A stretch of DNA of 63,937 bases, counting the filler, from Saprolegnia diclina VS20 (lineage: Eukaryota), in NCBI RefSeq assembly GCF_000281045.1. It is 5 parts of 5 records of this genome, joined end to end, with 100 filler letters (N's around TTAATTAATTAA, not from the genome) between each part and the next. Parts side by side here need not be neighbours in the genome. Positions count along the whole stretch, not along the records: positions 25,626 to 51,670 come from NW_008246266.1; 4 more parts are not named here. The stretch is one strand, 5' to 3'. Shown here piece by piece: positions 30,452 through 41,357 of this stretch. Under the pieces are notes generated by a model. The model was not told the DNA's origin and ran no database searches. It saw only the letters and a program-made list of their open reading frames with translations. Position 1 is the first letter of the stretch. Every line of letters starts with the position of its first letter. The position numbers and the translations under genes are program-made.

Positions 30452-31188
30452 CGTCGCAGTCAGTCAAACAAGATCTCACATCGTAAAAACGCACCTGGTT
30501 TCCATAGAAGCGCACCCCATGTGATTGTTTCGGTGCGGTTTTACCGGATCCGCCGGAACATTCCACAGAATTCTAGCCAGGCGCACGCGATCATATATTC
30601 GCCCGAACCGCGTCCGTCGACGAAGCTCCTCGAAGACGCGCTGCCGATCGCTCTTGACTTCGGATTCACTCGTTGAACACAGCGCGGATTCGCTATAGGC
30701 AGCACGCCCGACGGGCCGCAACTTCAAGAAGGAAGAGTGGCGCTTGCCAGAAGCGGAATGTAGGTCCCGTCACTCCTTTCTCATGTGACCCTGCGGCCCT
30801 TGCCAGCCCTTCCTACTTGCTGCTCATCCTACACGTCATATCGAATTGAGCCGAGTGGGTCGATGCAGGGCGTGGGCAAGTGCCACCGACCTTGTCATCT
30901 CGCGTCATAACGTTGATGGCGCGGACGCTGTTCGTCTCGACCGTCCGTTTCCACCTGACCCGATGTGACGTCCATGACCAGATGGTGCCAGTACCTTCGC
31001 ACTCAGATGCGGTCGTTGCTGGTGGACCATCGCTAATAGCTGTGTCGTGCACTTGCCGCTGCATCTCGCCGGGTTCTTCTCTGCCCGACAGGCGTAAGAT
31101 AATGCTGGCTGCAATTTGGCCTGCGCACGCGATCGGAGTCGCAAGCACTGGGACGAGGGAGGACAGTATATTACAGGGTCAAGGACGA

Positions 31189-32413
31189 CTAAAACTCTGG
31201 CAAGGACGAGGACGACATGATGTTGAGGGTGGGGAAGTAGCCTTGTTCGCGGCCACAGGCCGCCAGCGCCCGTTCCTGGTCTTCGCCGGCGGCAAGCGCG
31301 AGCGCAAAGATGTAGTCCGAGTCGAGCGTCGGTGTCGTCGGCGGCAGCGAGAACGACGACGACCGGCTGTGGTCGTCGCCTTGCGGCTCTTCGTCGAGGC
31401 GCGTCTCGAGGGTCGCGATGCGCCACGCGTTGTAGTTGGCGGCGGACGCAATGAGCTTGTCGTGCGAGATATGGCTCATGTCTTGTTTGTCGAGGAATTC
31501 ATAAATACGGGAGATGAGGTCCTTGGCATACGAAGCAATGTCGCGAATGTCGTTGGACGTGAGGTGCCAGAGCTCTTCGCCTTCGGCGCAGTAGATGCGC
31601 GACCGGCAGATGGGGCACGTCTGGTTTTGCGTGCTCCTAGCCATGGCGTCAATAACGTGACGAGAACGACGATGCAACCGCACCAGGTCTGAAAACACCG
31701 CAAACAAAAACTGTGACTGCACGGCAAGACGACCTCCTTCTGCTTGTCCATGCAGATCTGGCACTCGAAATCGTCAAAGTCCTTGGCCTCCTTCTCGCTA
31801 CAGTCGCATGAGCTTCCTTTGCGCAGCGCAAGACCATGCGTACGTGTCGCTCGGGATCGTCAGCGTATGTACAGCGCAGTCGTTGACGTCCGACAAGAAG
31901 CAGAGCACATAGTAAAACTGCTGGATCGTCAAGAGCTTGGGCGACCCAATCGTATGCTGCACAGTGAATGCATAAGCCCTCGCCGCATCTGCTAGCGGCG
32001 GCGCGTACCTCTATGGACTCGAGGGCCTCCCATGTGTTGATATCGCGGGGCGGATCATGCTCTGGCAGGCGGCGAATCTTGCGCGCTTCAACCATGACCT
32101 GCCGCGCATACCGTCAGGCAATGCTCGCACCAGGCGCATCGTACGTACGTTGCCTTTGACCTTCCAGACGTAGGGCATGACGTCGGGCGCAATGCGTTCG
32201 TTGAGCACGAGGCGAAAGCGCAGCTGGCACGTCTTGGGCGTTGGGCAGAGCGTGGCCCTACCACGTCGTTAGCCTCTTCCAGGATGGCAGAGACAACGCT
32301 GGCTACCATCGATTGGCATCTTCAATGTGCGTGCCAAGGTCCATGTAGGTGCGCATCATGCTCGCCACGCGGTCGGCCATGCGCGCTTCCTCGGTCGACG
32401 GCCGCTGGCCCAT
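31189..32413 (-). CDS. RNF141-like C3HC4 RING E3 ligase (multi-exon)
   Basis: N-terminal MGQRPS (myristoylation-type) and RING ECQICMD..VLPCSHSFCLRCF..W|..CPICR. Confidence 0.75.
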
Positions 32414-33072
32414 CTTCGTTCCTTCTTCCGGCGGATCTGTTACTCCGGTTCGGAACTGAGCCTTCTTTTTCTCGCTCGTTTGGATCTTCAACGTTTTTTT
32501 GCAAATATTTTTTTTCGCGTTTCGTTTAAGCTTGCGTTTTGTATACTGCTTGCCGTGCACCACAAGCGTTTTCAGCACGCGCCCAAACGACTTGCTTTTT
32601 GTATGCAGAAGATCGGGGCCTTGGTGTGCGTGCATATAATTTAATTATTTTACTTGGCAGTGGGTCAACCTTGAAGCCACATGGAGACAACACGACAACA
32701 GCGCAGAGCACTTGTGTCTCTGCCCGCTTGTTTCCAGGCTTTTCCAGGCGACGAGATGCATTTATTTGAATATTTTTCAAAAAGACATTCACTCTGGTCG
32801 GTTTGCGCAACGCGAATTCGGCCCTGAGCCTGCCACGTCATCGCGGAACTGTGACGCGAGGCCCCGGGGCACAACGACCCGCCGACGAGCGTGCCACGTC
32901 ACGAGGTGCGACCGAGTGATACTCGCGTGCTGTATTGTTGAAGCCGGCACAGGTCCAGAGAAAGGCCATGCATACGAGGGCGTTGGGCGATGGAAGAAGG
33001 GATGCCCTTGGCGATCCCAAGGGCGTAAGCACGCGAAGCCTGGGCCGAAACGACGGCTATAAATACGGCGTG

Positions 33073-33601
33073 ATGGACGACGACGCCGACGGGCGGCGAC
33101 GAGATGACAGCGCGGCCAAGCTCAGTGAAATCACGCCCGTCGAGTACACGCGGCCACAGGTCCTTCCGGATGCGACCACGTACGAGGCCAGCAACGAGGC
33201 CAGCAACGAGCGAAGCACACAGGCCAAAGAGCCTTATGTGTTTGAAGGTGAGAGCTTCTGGGACGCGGCCGAGGACGAGCACACGCCGTCCAACGACCTC
33301 GACTACTGGGGCATGGCCTTCGACGAAAGCGCGCAGCAGACCTACTACTTTGCGTTTGCATCTGGCATGACGCAGTGGACGCCACCATCGCACCTCGGTA
33401 CAACCTTGCACGATATGCTTGGATCTGAGATGCGTAGTGTACCCCGAGAGCCACCAAGTGCTGCTTTGGGACAACGACGCGCAGTGGTTTTACATATACG
33501 ACTACGTCCATGGCTCGAGTCGGTGGCTCGATCACTTTGAGGACCTCCAGGAGCGCGGGTCGCCTCAGCCCGTGAGCGACGACTGCATGAGCCAAGGTTG
33601 A
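33073..33601 (+). CDS. Small protein with two WW-like domains (2 exons)
   Basis: YWGMAFDESAQQTYYFAFASGMTQWTPP and WDNDAQWFYIYDYVHGSSRW, with a GT-AG intron at about 33398-33437. An upstream ATG at 32968 is also possible. Confidence 0.65.
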
Positions 33602-33945
33602 ATTCGCGTTGGTGCGCGCTCATGCTATGATACGCTGTGTAGCAACCACCGAAGAGCTCGAGCCCGAGTCCTCGGACGACCGCCGGCAACAGGTATTCAA
33701 CAGGAACGTTTGTGGTCGACGACCTTGACACGTGGTTAGAGCCTCGCATCCTCGTGGGACGAGACGACTGCATCGGTTGTTGATATTGAGATTGAGATTG
33801 AGATGGGCGACCACAAGATATCAACAAGCAACTGCTGTCGGGGGGTCGAGCACGGATGCATCTGCCCCGAATGTTTTTTGCCGCTTCTCGATGGCCTTCA
33901 AGAGCAGCGGACAAGTCAAAGCTACTAAATATACTACGCAATGTG

Positions 33946-35476
33946 TTACGGAAACACGAGGACGTTGACCGTAATGTCGTCGACAACGTCTTCTTCGTCG
34001 AGCCAGCGCTCCAGCGCTTCAGCGACAAGCATATCACACATTGTCTGCGGGTCGTACCCGTCCTGGAGGCACTTTGTACAGAGCGCGACGACTTGCTCAG
34101 ACGGTAAAAACTCCCAGAGACCGTCCGAGGCCACGACCACAAAGGCCCGGGCCCGCGTCGCGCAAGCCGGCACATCTAGTTCCGAGCAGTCGGGGTCCGA
34201 GATGACGCCGACCGACGTGGCGACCGAGTCGCCAAACGACCGCGACATAGCCAGCCCCGGCATGTCGACGTCCTTGAGCCAGACGCGCGGGACGCCCCAC
34301 TCAAACACACGGCCATTCGTGGCCAAGATACGGCTAAGCTCGGCGGGGACATCTAGTCATCATGGTTTAGGTTAACTCTCTGCAAATGTGGCAAGCGAGA
34401 GGACGTTGTACCTGGCTTGTGGTCGACCGATAGCGTGTGGGTCGTATACTCGTGTGACGCTTCGTCAAGCACACCGGCGACGGCGCGGCTGTCGCCCACG
34501 TTGGCAATAAATACATGCGGCGCCAGGTGTGGCATCTCGGGCGTCGGCGTCACGAGCAGGAGCGCGACCGCGGTCGACCCGCTCACGCTAATGTCGAGGC
34601 CGCTCTCTTCCTCGAGCTGCGTCGTCATGCGGCATGACGCTTCGAGGAATACATCTTCGATGACATCGAGCGTCAAAGGCGTCTCCTGCGTCAGCGCTGG
34701 CACGTAGCGCTGCCACGCGTCGGCCACGTGCTGCGGGTAGTGATCGCGGACAAAGTGGCTGACGTACGCGCCTTGCGAGCCATGGCCGTCCATGACACAC
34801 ACAAACGTGAGCGCGTCGCACTAGACCATACGATATCAGATCTGAGTCGCAACTAGAAGGGGAAAATAGGGTCGTACGTCGGCAAACCTGTCGCGGATCA
34901 CAAACGAGTCTTGGTTCTCCTTGCGGCGGCCCATGGAATCGTTGCCGGCGCGCGTCCGGGAGCCCCACCAGAGCCCTTTCGAGACCGACTACATCATTCC
35001 AGATCTGAGTTGTGGGAGGTGGTACTAGCGCCGTTGTCCGTACGTAGAGACCCCCGGGGGTCTGCCCCGTGTACTTGGGCAGCTCGATAGTAAACTCATC
35101 GACAGCGACGCCAGGAATCCCGCCGCCGACATAGACGTTGGGCGCCGTGCAAATGTCGAGCGTCTCGGGGTCGATCGCGCTGGCATGTTCATCGTCGTCG
35201 TCGTCGTCGTTGTCGTTGGCGTCGCTCTCTTCGACCTCGACGCGGCGCAGCGTGACCTCGAGCGTCGTGAGCCGATCGGGCTTGATGAGCACGCCCGACT
35301 TGAAGCTGTTGCTGCGGAAGAACGTCTTGCGGCGCATCGGCGCCTGCTTCTCGTGCGCCATACCGTCGTCGTCTACGCAAGAGTTGGGGGTCGCATGTAG
35401 CCCGTCGCCGCCGGCGCGTACCGTCCGTCGGGAACGGCTGCGAGCAGCACATGCTGTAGGAGAAGGCGCAGCCCAT
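33946..35476 (-). CDS. PP2C/PPM-family protein phosphatase with N-terminal MGC acylation motif (multi-exon)
   Basis: ENQDSF, VMDGHG, ANVGDSRAV, LSVDHKP, GLAMSRSFGD, ASDGLWEF and DDITV. Confidence 0.92.
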
Positions 35477-36260
35477 GCTATGTCAACCTCGCGCGAGCCT
35501 ACATGCACAGGTCGTCGTCAGGCGGAAGCAGCAGCATCTTGCGGACCGTGGCGACTCCGAACAACAACCAACTGCACTTTGCGGGTGCCAAACTCATGCA
35601 CCCAAATACAATGCGCATCTTTTATGCCAGATACAAACATCAAGACTAGGATGCAGATTGTAATTAAATCGGCCCACCACCTGGTGGGCCCCTCGAAACG
35701 CGATCCGGCCAACGACATCGTCGCCATCTCCGATTTCATCGCCAAATCTTATAGCTGCAAAATACGAGCTTGGCGCTGCCGACCGAGTAGCAACCTCGCG
35801 GCCGATAGCAGCCGTCGTGTACTCAGTCGACTGCATACGCTAAGCTCCAACTGGCCTCAACACGAACGACGCAACCGGATACTCGAATTATCCGGATGCT
35901 GGCAACAGTATCTTGGCGTGATTCTTGACAGCGTTCTTGACACGGAATCTTGCGCGCGTCCCGCACCAGCGTGCTAAATACCCTCGGCACCAGCTTGCTA
36001 AATACTAGACTGATCAATAAACAGTTGATTACCCTTGCTAAACACAAAGCATCAAAGGAATAGGAAAAGGTCGGCGTTGGTAAAGCTCGGTAAAGGCAGA
36101 CCAAGGCAAAGCGGGCGAGATGCGCACGAGCATGTGGAAATTACGAGGTGTGCTTATGGACGCATGCGGCTTGAATCAGTTTTTTGGGTGGGCTTGAGGC
36201 GCCAGCGTGCTTCTTGCCGATCTCATTTTCATCCAGAGGACAAGAGTGTACGAGCCGGAT

Positions 36261-36351
36261 CCGCGGCGTTAGCATCCAGCGTGAGTGATTGCCGTGCCGA
36301 GCCGAAAGCTTGGGCTGACGAGAGCTTCTCGGCTCAATCCCGCGCCAACGG
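36261..36351 (+). ncRNA. Degenerate tRNA-like / possible SINE-head sequence
   Basis: A-box-like TAGCATCCAGCG, B-box-like GGCTCAATCC, a hairpin with CGAAA loop, a GAGA-GCT-TCTC hairpin, and partly complementary ends. Confidence 0.25.
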
Positions 36352-36540
36352 ACGTCCATACTAAGGACAAAGGGTTTAGCAAAGGTGCGCTTCATGGCTG
36401 CTATGTGTGTAGTGTAGGGCAATAGAAGGTGTAGCCGCTTGCCATCATTTGATCTTTGGATCTTTGGTCCGTCTTGATACTTTGTAAAGTATCGAGCCAC
36501 GGGAAAATGCGTGGAACAAAGCCCGCAGTCCTCTGCAACG

Positions 36541-37465
36541 ATGCCCCACAGCAAGCGCATCGCGACAGCCTCGTCGGTGGTTTTTCACGTCAATGACATG
36601 CTCACCGTCATTGTCCAGTTCACTGCTGCACCGTGCGACGTTGTCGCCTTCCTTGACGCCATCCCCGCGTCGGCGCGCAGCAAACCACTAAGGCACCGCA
36701 CGAGCTCTTGCACGGCGCAGACCACATGCAGCTTACGTCGGCAGTCGACGTCATGTGGCCTCAGCTCTTGCTGGCCGCGATTTCGCCCAATCTCGCCAGT
36801 CTCGCGCACGTTGCCATGCCTGTCTTCACCGCAGTCGCCGCCGACAACGTCCTCGCCGCGCGGCTGGCTGGGCTCAGCCTACTCGACTGGCTCCAGCTCT
36901 GGAGCAGCCAAATCACTTTGTACTCCCACGTGGACGACGACGCCGACGTGTCGCGCCTCTGCAACATCTTGCGCCAATGCACCAAGCTTCAGGTCGTCGA
37001 GATGTTCGACGTCAGCGATGCCGCTTGCATCCTCGACGCGATCACGACGCCGGCCCACCGCGTCTCGTCTCTTCAGGTCGATGGCAAAGGGAACGTGGCC
37101 GAGTTGATGGCGAATGTGGCTCGTTGGCTCACGACTGGCCATGCGACGCACTTGGATTTGACGTACTACGTCTCGTCAGACGGCGAAGTCAACCACCCAG
37201 CGCTGGCCACCATGCTCACAATGACAACGGAGCTCGAACACCTTGCGCTCTCGTTGGACGCACCCGGGCTGCTTGCGCCGCTTGTCCCCGTCGCACCCTT
37301 GTTCACGCGCAAGTGTCCTTCGCGAGCTTTCGTGGCACTCTTGCCAGCCGATCACGTCGCTAATCGAGACCATGGCAGTGCGACGCATCATGTTCCACGA
37401 CGACGTCGACCTTGATCGTCTCGTGCTTTGTAGCCCAACGTAGACTCGCTACGGGCGATATTGTA
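36541..37465 (+). pseudogene. F-box-like/RNI-LRR family copy 1, frameshifted and truncated
   Basis: N-terminus MPHSKRIATASSVV..IVQF..DVVAFLDAIP is shared with the copies at 44007 and 51668. The frame shifts near 36695 and there is no full C-terminus. Confidence 0.65.
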
Positions 37466-37699
37466 GCAACCAAACACACTTTTTTTGGCTGGATTTGGGT
37501 GACGCCATTCCAAGGGCACCTGGTGCCTTAGGCGGAGCGGCTTCGCGAGCTTTCGTGGCACTCTTGCCAGCCGATCACGTCGCTAATCGAGACCATGGCA
37601 GTGCGACGCATCATGTTCCACGACGACGTCGACCTTGATCGTCTCGTGCTTTGTAGCCCAACGTAGACTCGCTATGGGCGATATTGTAGCAACCAAACA
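37318..37699 (+). repeat. 159-bp direct duplication (37318-37476 and 37541-37699)
   Basis: Identical by eye except one C/T difference (ctacggg vs ctatggg); 64-bp spacer. Confidence 0.92.
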
Positions 37700-37822
37700 A
37701 ACCTTTTGTGATACCACGTGCTAACATTAACGTCCAACAAGAGCGTTTGCATACAGTTCATGTTGACCTTAGTGTCAGGCGCTCACTGTGGGGCTGCTTC
37801 CGAGGCGCGAAAACGTACCGAC

Positions 37823-40075
37823 TTAGTACTGGACGACATCGATCCACTGGTTGGTGTTGGCATTGTGGCACTCCCACACCTGCGCCGCATGACTCGGGTT
37901 GGTCGGGTCGACGTCCAAGCACAAGTTGTTGTGCGTCGCGTGCTTGATCTTGTGGTTGCCGGCATCGATGATCCACTTCTGGTTGCCGTTGGTAGCGTCG
38001 CAGGCGTACGTGTGAAGGCCAAACTTGTCGCCGTCACGGAAGGCGTCGAGGCACTCGCCGTTGGTAGCCACCTGGAGCGTCTTGGCGTTGTTGTCGTACG
38101 TGAAGAGCTCGTTGGCCGAGTCCGAGACCCAGTTGGCGTAGACGCCCGAGTAAAACTCGGAGAAAACCTTCTGGTCCTTGGTGACGAGCTTGACGTAGCT
38201 CTTGGCAGCCGGCGCGTCTTGGCACTTGGTGAACCACTGGCTGACACCACCCGTGCAGTCGGCGACGAACGGCGCAGCGCCGGGTGTGAGGTGGGCCGAC
38301 TCGAGGCAGAGGTTGCGCACCGTCAAGTGGCGGAGGCTGTGTGAGTTGGGCTCAAAGTCCCACTTTTGCGTCGAGCTGCCCGTGCACGTGTAGAGGCGCA
38401 CCTGGTTTTTGCCCTGAACGTCCTGGAAGACATCGAGGCACGTCGTATTCTTGGTCTGCGACTGGATCGACTTGTCGTCAAAGTTGTACCAGAACTTTTC
38501 GTTCAAGTTCTTCTTCTCCGTGTCAACAAAGAGCTGGCCGTTCCACTCAGAGAGGACGTTGTGCTTGTAGTTGCAGAGCGAGTTGGTGGCAGATGGCTTG
38601 AGAGGCGCTGGCGTCGGAGCCGGCGGTGGTACCGGGAGCTTGCCGTCCTTGACGATCTTGGCGACGTTGACACGACCGTAACCGTACCGGTTGTTGGGCC
38701 ACACCTTGTCGTCGACACCGCCGCAGTTGGGCGCGCCCGGAAGCGTGCGGTTGCGCGTGAGGAGCCACTTCTCTGGTTCGGCCTGCAGAATCGACTGCTC
38801 CGTCGTCGTCGTGAGGTAGTGGTAAATCTCGTCGTACGTCAGATCTTTTTGCACCGACTTGAGGAGAGCGACGACGCCGGCGACGTGCGGCGCTGCCATC
38901 GACGTACCCGCCTTGTAGTCGTAGAACGTATCACTCGAGTTGATGGCCGAGTACGTAAAGAAGCCGGGCGCCGAGACATCGGGCTTGACGATCGTGTGCA
39001 CCTGGTTCAAGCGGTCGACGAACTGCGCCGGGCCCTTGGACGAAAAGTACGCAAGCTGCGTCGGGTCGTCGTCGTACGACCCGATGGCACCGACCGAGAT
39101 GACGTTGGGGTAGTTTGCCGGGTTGCCGGCCGTCGCGCAGGCGGGGCCGTCGTTGCCGTTAGCAAAGATGGGCGTGATACCGGCCTTGTGCCACGCGTCA
39201 ACAATGTCTTGGTACCACGGGTCAGTGCTCGCGTCACTGCCCCACGAGTTGTTGACGACGTTGGCGCCCTTCTTGCAGTCGGGGCGCGACCCGTCCGTCT
39301 CGGTCGGGCACATCATAAACTCGGCGCACTCGATCAAGGCCGCGTTCGTGCCACCCCCCACATACAAGCCGCGGCAGGCAATGAACTGGGCGTTGGGAGC
39401 AACGCCGATACCATAGTCGCCGACCATGGTACCGATCGTGTGGGTACCGTGGCCGTTGAGATCTTCCGGCACCGCCGTCTGGAGGTACGGGTCGTACCAG
39501 CCCTTGGCCTCGCGATACTTGGACTTGATGGATTCATGGGTGTGGCGGACACCCGTGTCGATCGAGCCGATGATGATGCCTTCACCCTTGGTGGTCTTCC
39601 AGACGTCGGTGGCGCCAATCGTCGTGACGCCCCACTGGATGCCGGTCGGGCGCGAGTTGTCAACAGGCGAGTTCTCTGCACCGTCGTTCTTCTTGGTGAG
39701 GACCGGGCTGAGCTGGATCGTCTTGACCACGTCGACCTTGAGAACATTGTCGAGCTTGGCGATCTTGTCGGCGAGTGCGCGGTCAACCTTCTCGACCGTG
39801 GCCGCATTCGTGATCCAGAACGCCTTGACCTTGCGGTCACCGACGATCTCAGCCAGCGTCTGCTTGCGCCCGGAAGCCGCCGTGGACGCCTCGTCGAAAA
39901 GCACCTGGCGACGCTCGAGCCCCTTCACTGCGGCACTCTCCGTTTCGGCGGCGGGCGTCGACTTGAACGTGATAAAGGCCGTAAACGTCGCATCTTGCTC
40001 GATAGCACGCAGCGCCGAGCTCGTGATCTTGGCGTACACTGGTACGAGCACGGATGCGAGAGTAAAAATCTTCAT
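37823..40075 (-). CDS. Secreted subtilisin-like S8 serine protease with two C-terminal ricin-B (CBM13) lectin domains
   Basis: Signal peptide MKIFTLASVLVPVYA, prodomain, catalytic IDTG / HGTH / GTSMAAP, Pro-rich linker and QxW repeats; intronless. Confidence 0.95.
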   Translation of the reverse strand: MKIFTLASVLVPVYAKITSSALRAIEQDATFTAFITFKSTPAAETESAAVKGLERRQVLFDEASTAASGRKQTLAEIVGDRKVKAFWITNAATVEKVDRALADKIAKLDNVLKVDVVKTIQLSPVLTKKNDGAENSPVDNSRPTGIQWGVTTIGATDVWKTTKGEGIIIGSIDTGVRHTHESIKSKYREAKGWYDPYLQTAVPEDLNGHGTHTIGTMVGDYGIGVAPNAQFIACRGLYVGGGTNAALIECAEFMMCPTETDGSRPDCKKGANVVNNSWGSDASTDPWYQDIVDAWHKAGITPIFANGNDGPACATAGNPANYPNVISVGAIGSYDDDPTQLAYFSSKGPAQFVDRLNQVHTIVKPDVSAPGFFTYSAINSSDTFYDYKAGTSMAAPHVAGVVALLKSVQKDLTYDEIYHYLTTTTEQSILQAEPEKWLLTRNRTLPGAPNCGGVDDKVWPNNRYGYGRVNVAKIVKDGKLPVPPPAPTPAPLKPSATNSLCNYKHNVLSEWNGQLFVDTEKKNLNEKFWYNFDDKSIQSQTKNTTCLDVFQDVQGKNQVRLYTCTGSSTQKWDFEPNSHSLRHLTVRNLCLESAHLTPGAAPFVADCTGGVSQWFTKCQDAPAAKSYVKLVTKDQKVFSEFYSGVYANWVSDSANELFTYDNNAKTLQVATNGECLDAFRDGDKFGLHTYACDATNGNQKWIIDAGNHKIKHATHNNLCLDVDPTNPSHAAQVWECHNANTNQWIDVVQY

Positions 40076-41309
40076 GGTCAACTTGCGCTGAACGAAGTAA
40101 ATTGTCCAATGCCAAAGATTTCGGGGCTAGATTTCGACCGGTCCTGGCTAGAATTCGTTCACCATTTGAGTTGTTGCAGATATTGAGGTTGAAAAGTGCA
40201 CTGTCGATCTGAGTTTGCAAGGCGTGTGATCACATGGGTCGGAATCACATTCGCCAGTGTGAAAAGACTGTCCGCCTTTTTCCCGTACCGGTGCGAACAT
40301 GGTTAGCATTGTGAGAGGGTTCTAGCGTGGAACCAGTTGGGAGGCTCGTCTACACATCGATTTGGCTGACTTGGATGACGGCGCCAAAGACACTTCATTT
40401 CTCAGATGAGGCGATACGCAACAAGATCTTACGACAACTACGGCGAAGTCCACTGCGGTACAGTCTAGCATAGCGCAGAGCGCAGCTAACTCGCGTCGGT
40501 AGCACCGAATGCCATCTATTGTCACAATCATCGCGACGACCAAGTACAGCTACCAAGTACATACCAAGTATTGTACTGTACGGCCCCGTTCAGCTTGAAC
40601 GAGTAACCAAGGAGTTTTATTCGCTTGTAGTTATGCACGGTCATTTGCGTACCGGTAGGAGAGCGGATGTGTCGCGTCGTCAGGTGTGAATGGATCACCA
40701 AGTGCGTATCAGATGCATCCGACCGATCGGTGGCACTCGCTTGTAACCTCTACATTTGCGCCTCAGCCACCTTTCTGACGGGTACGAGATCAAGGATACA
40801 CCAAATATATTTTTCCACATTTTTCATCATATGGCCCTCGGAAGTGATGCGTTGCTTCTGATTTTGGTGATTGGGCGTCAAGAACGCACCCGGAACGTAC
40901 CTGAGAATGGGTACAAATGTCCCGCCATGGATCTGATTTACGCGCGCAAACAATTATCATCCCAGACAAGTGCACGGCAATATCGTGCACTTTCGTCCGA
41001 CTCTGTGACGGCACCCCAATATATTTTCCATCCCGTCACTTGCCCCAACAAAACGCGCCACCGCTCGAGCCACTTGCTATATCTAATACCAGAACTTATA
41101 GCTCGAATCAAAGTGCCTTTCCGCCGCGTCGTTTGCGTCATGTCACCTGACAAACGTGTCCTTGGCACAGGCGTATGTTCTGATTTGATGGATCGCCTGT
41201 CTTTTCACATGTTTTTGGTCACGTGTCAACCCCACACGCGCTCTATTAGATCTAAATTGTAGGGTCGAGGCATCTGATATTCCTAAACTACAAACTGCGC
41301 ACCTCATTT

Positions 41310-41325
41310 GCTCATTTTCACATTT
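41310..41325 (+). promoter_or_regulatory. Oomycete INR+FPR core promoter
   Basis: GCTCATTTTCACATTT starts 48 nt upstream of the subtilase ATG at 41358. Confidence 0.7.
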
Positions 41326-41357
41326 GCCACCTTTCGCTCGAGAGCGTGTCAAATCTA

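Noticed and set aside
38366..40186. 606-aa ORF antisense to the first subtilase
   Set aside because: Shadow ORF caused by strong GC3 codon bias; no recognisable motifs, and the opposite strand is a clear S8 protease.
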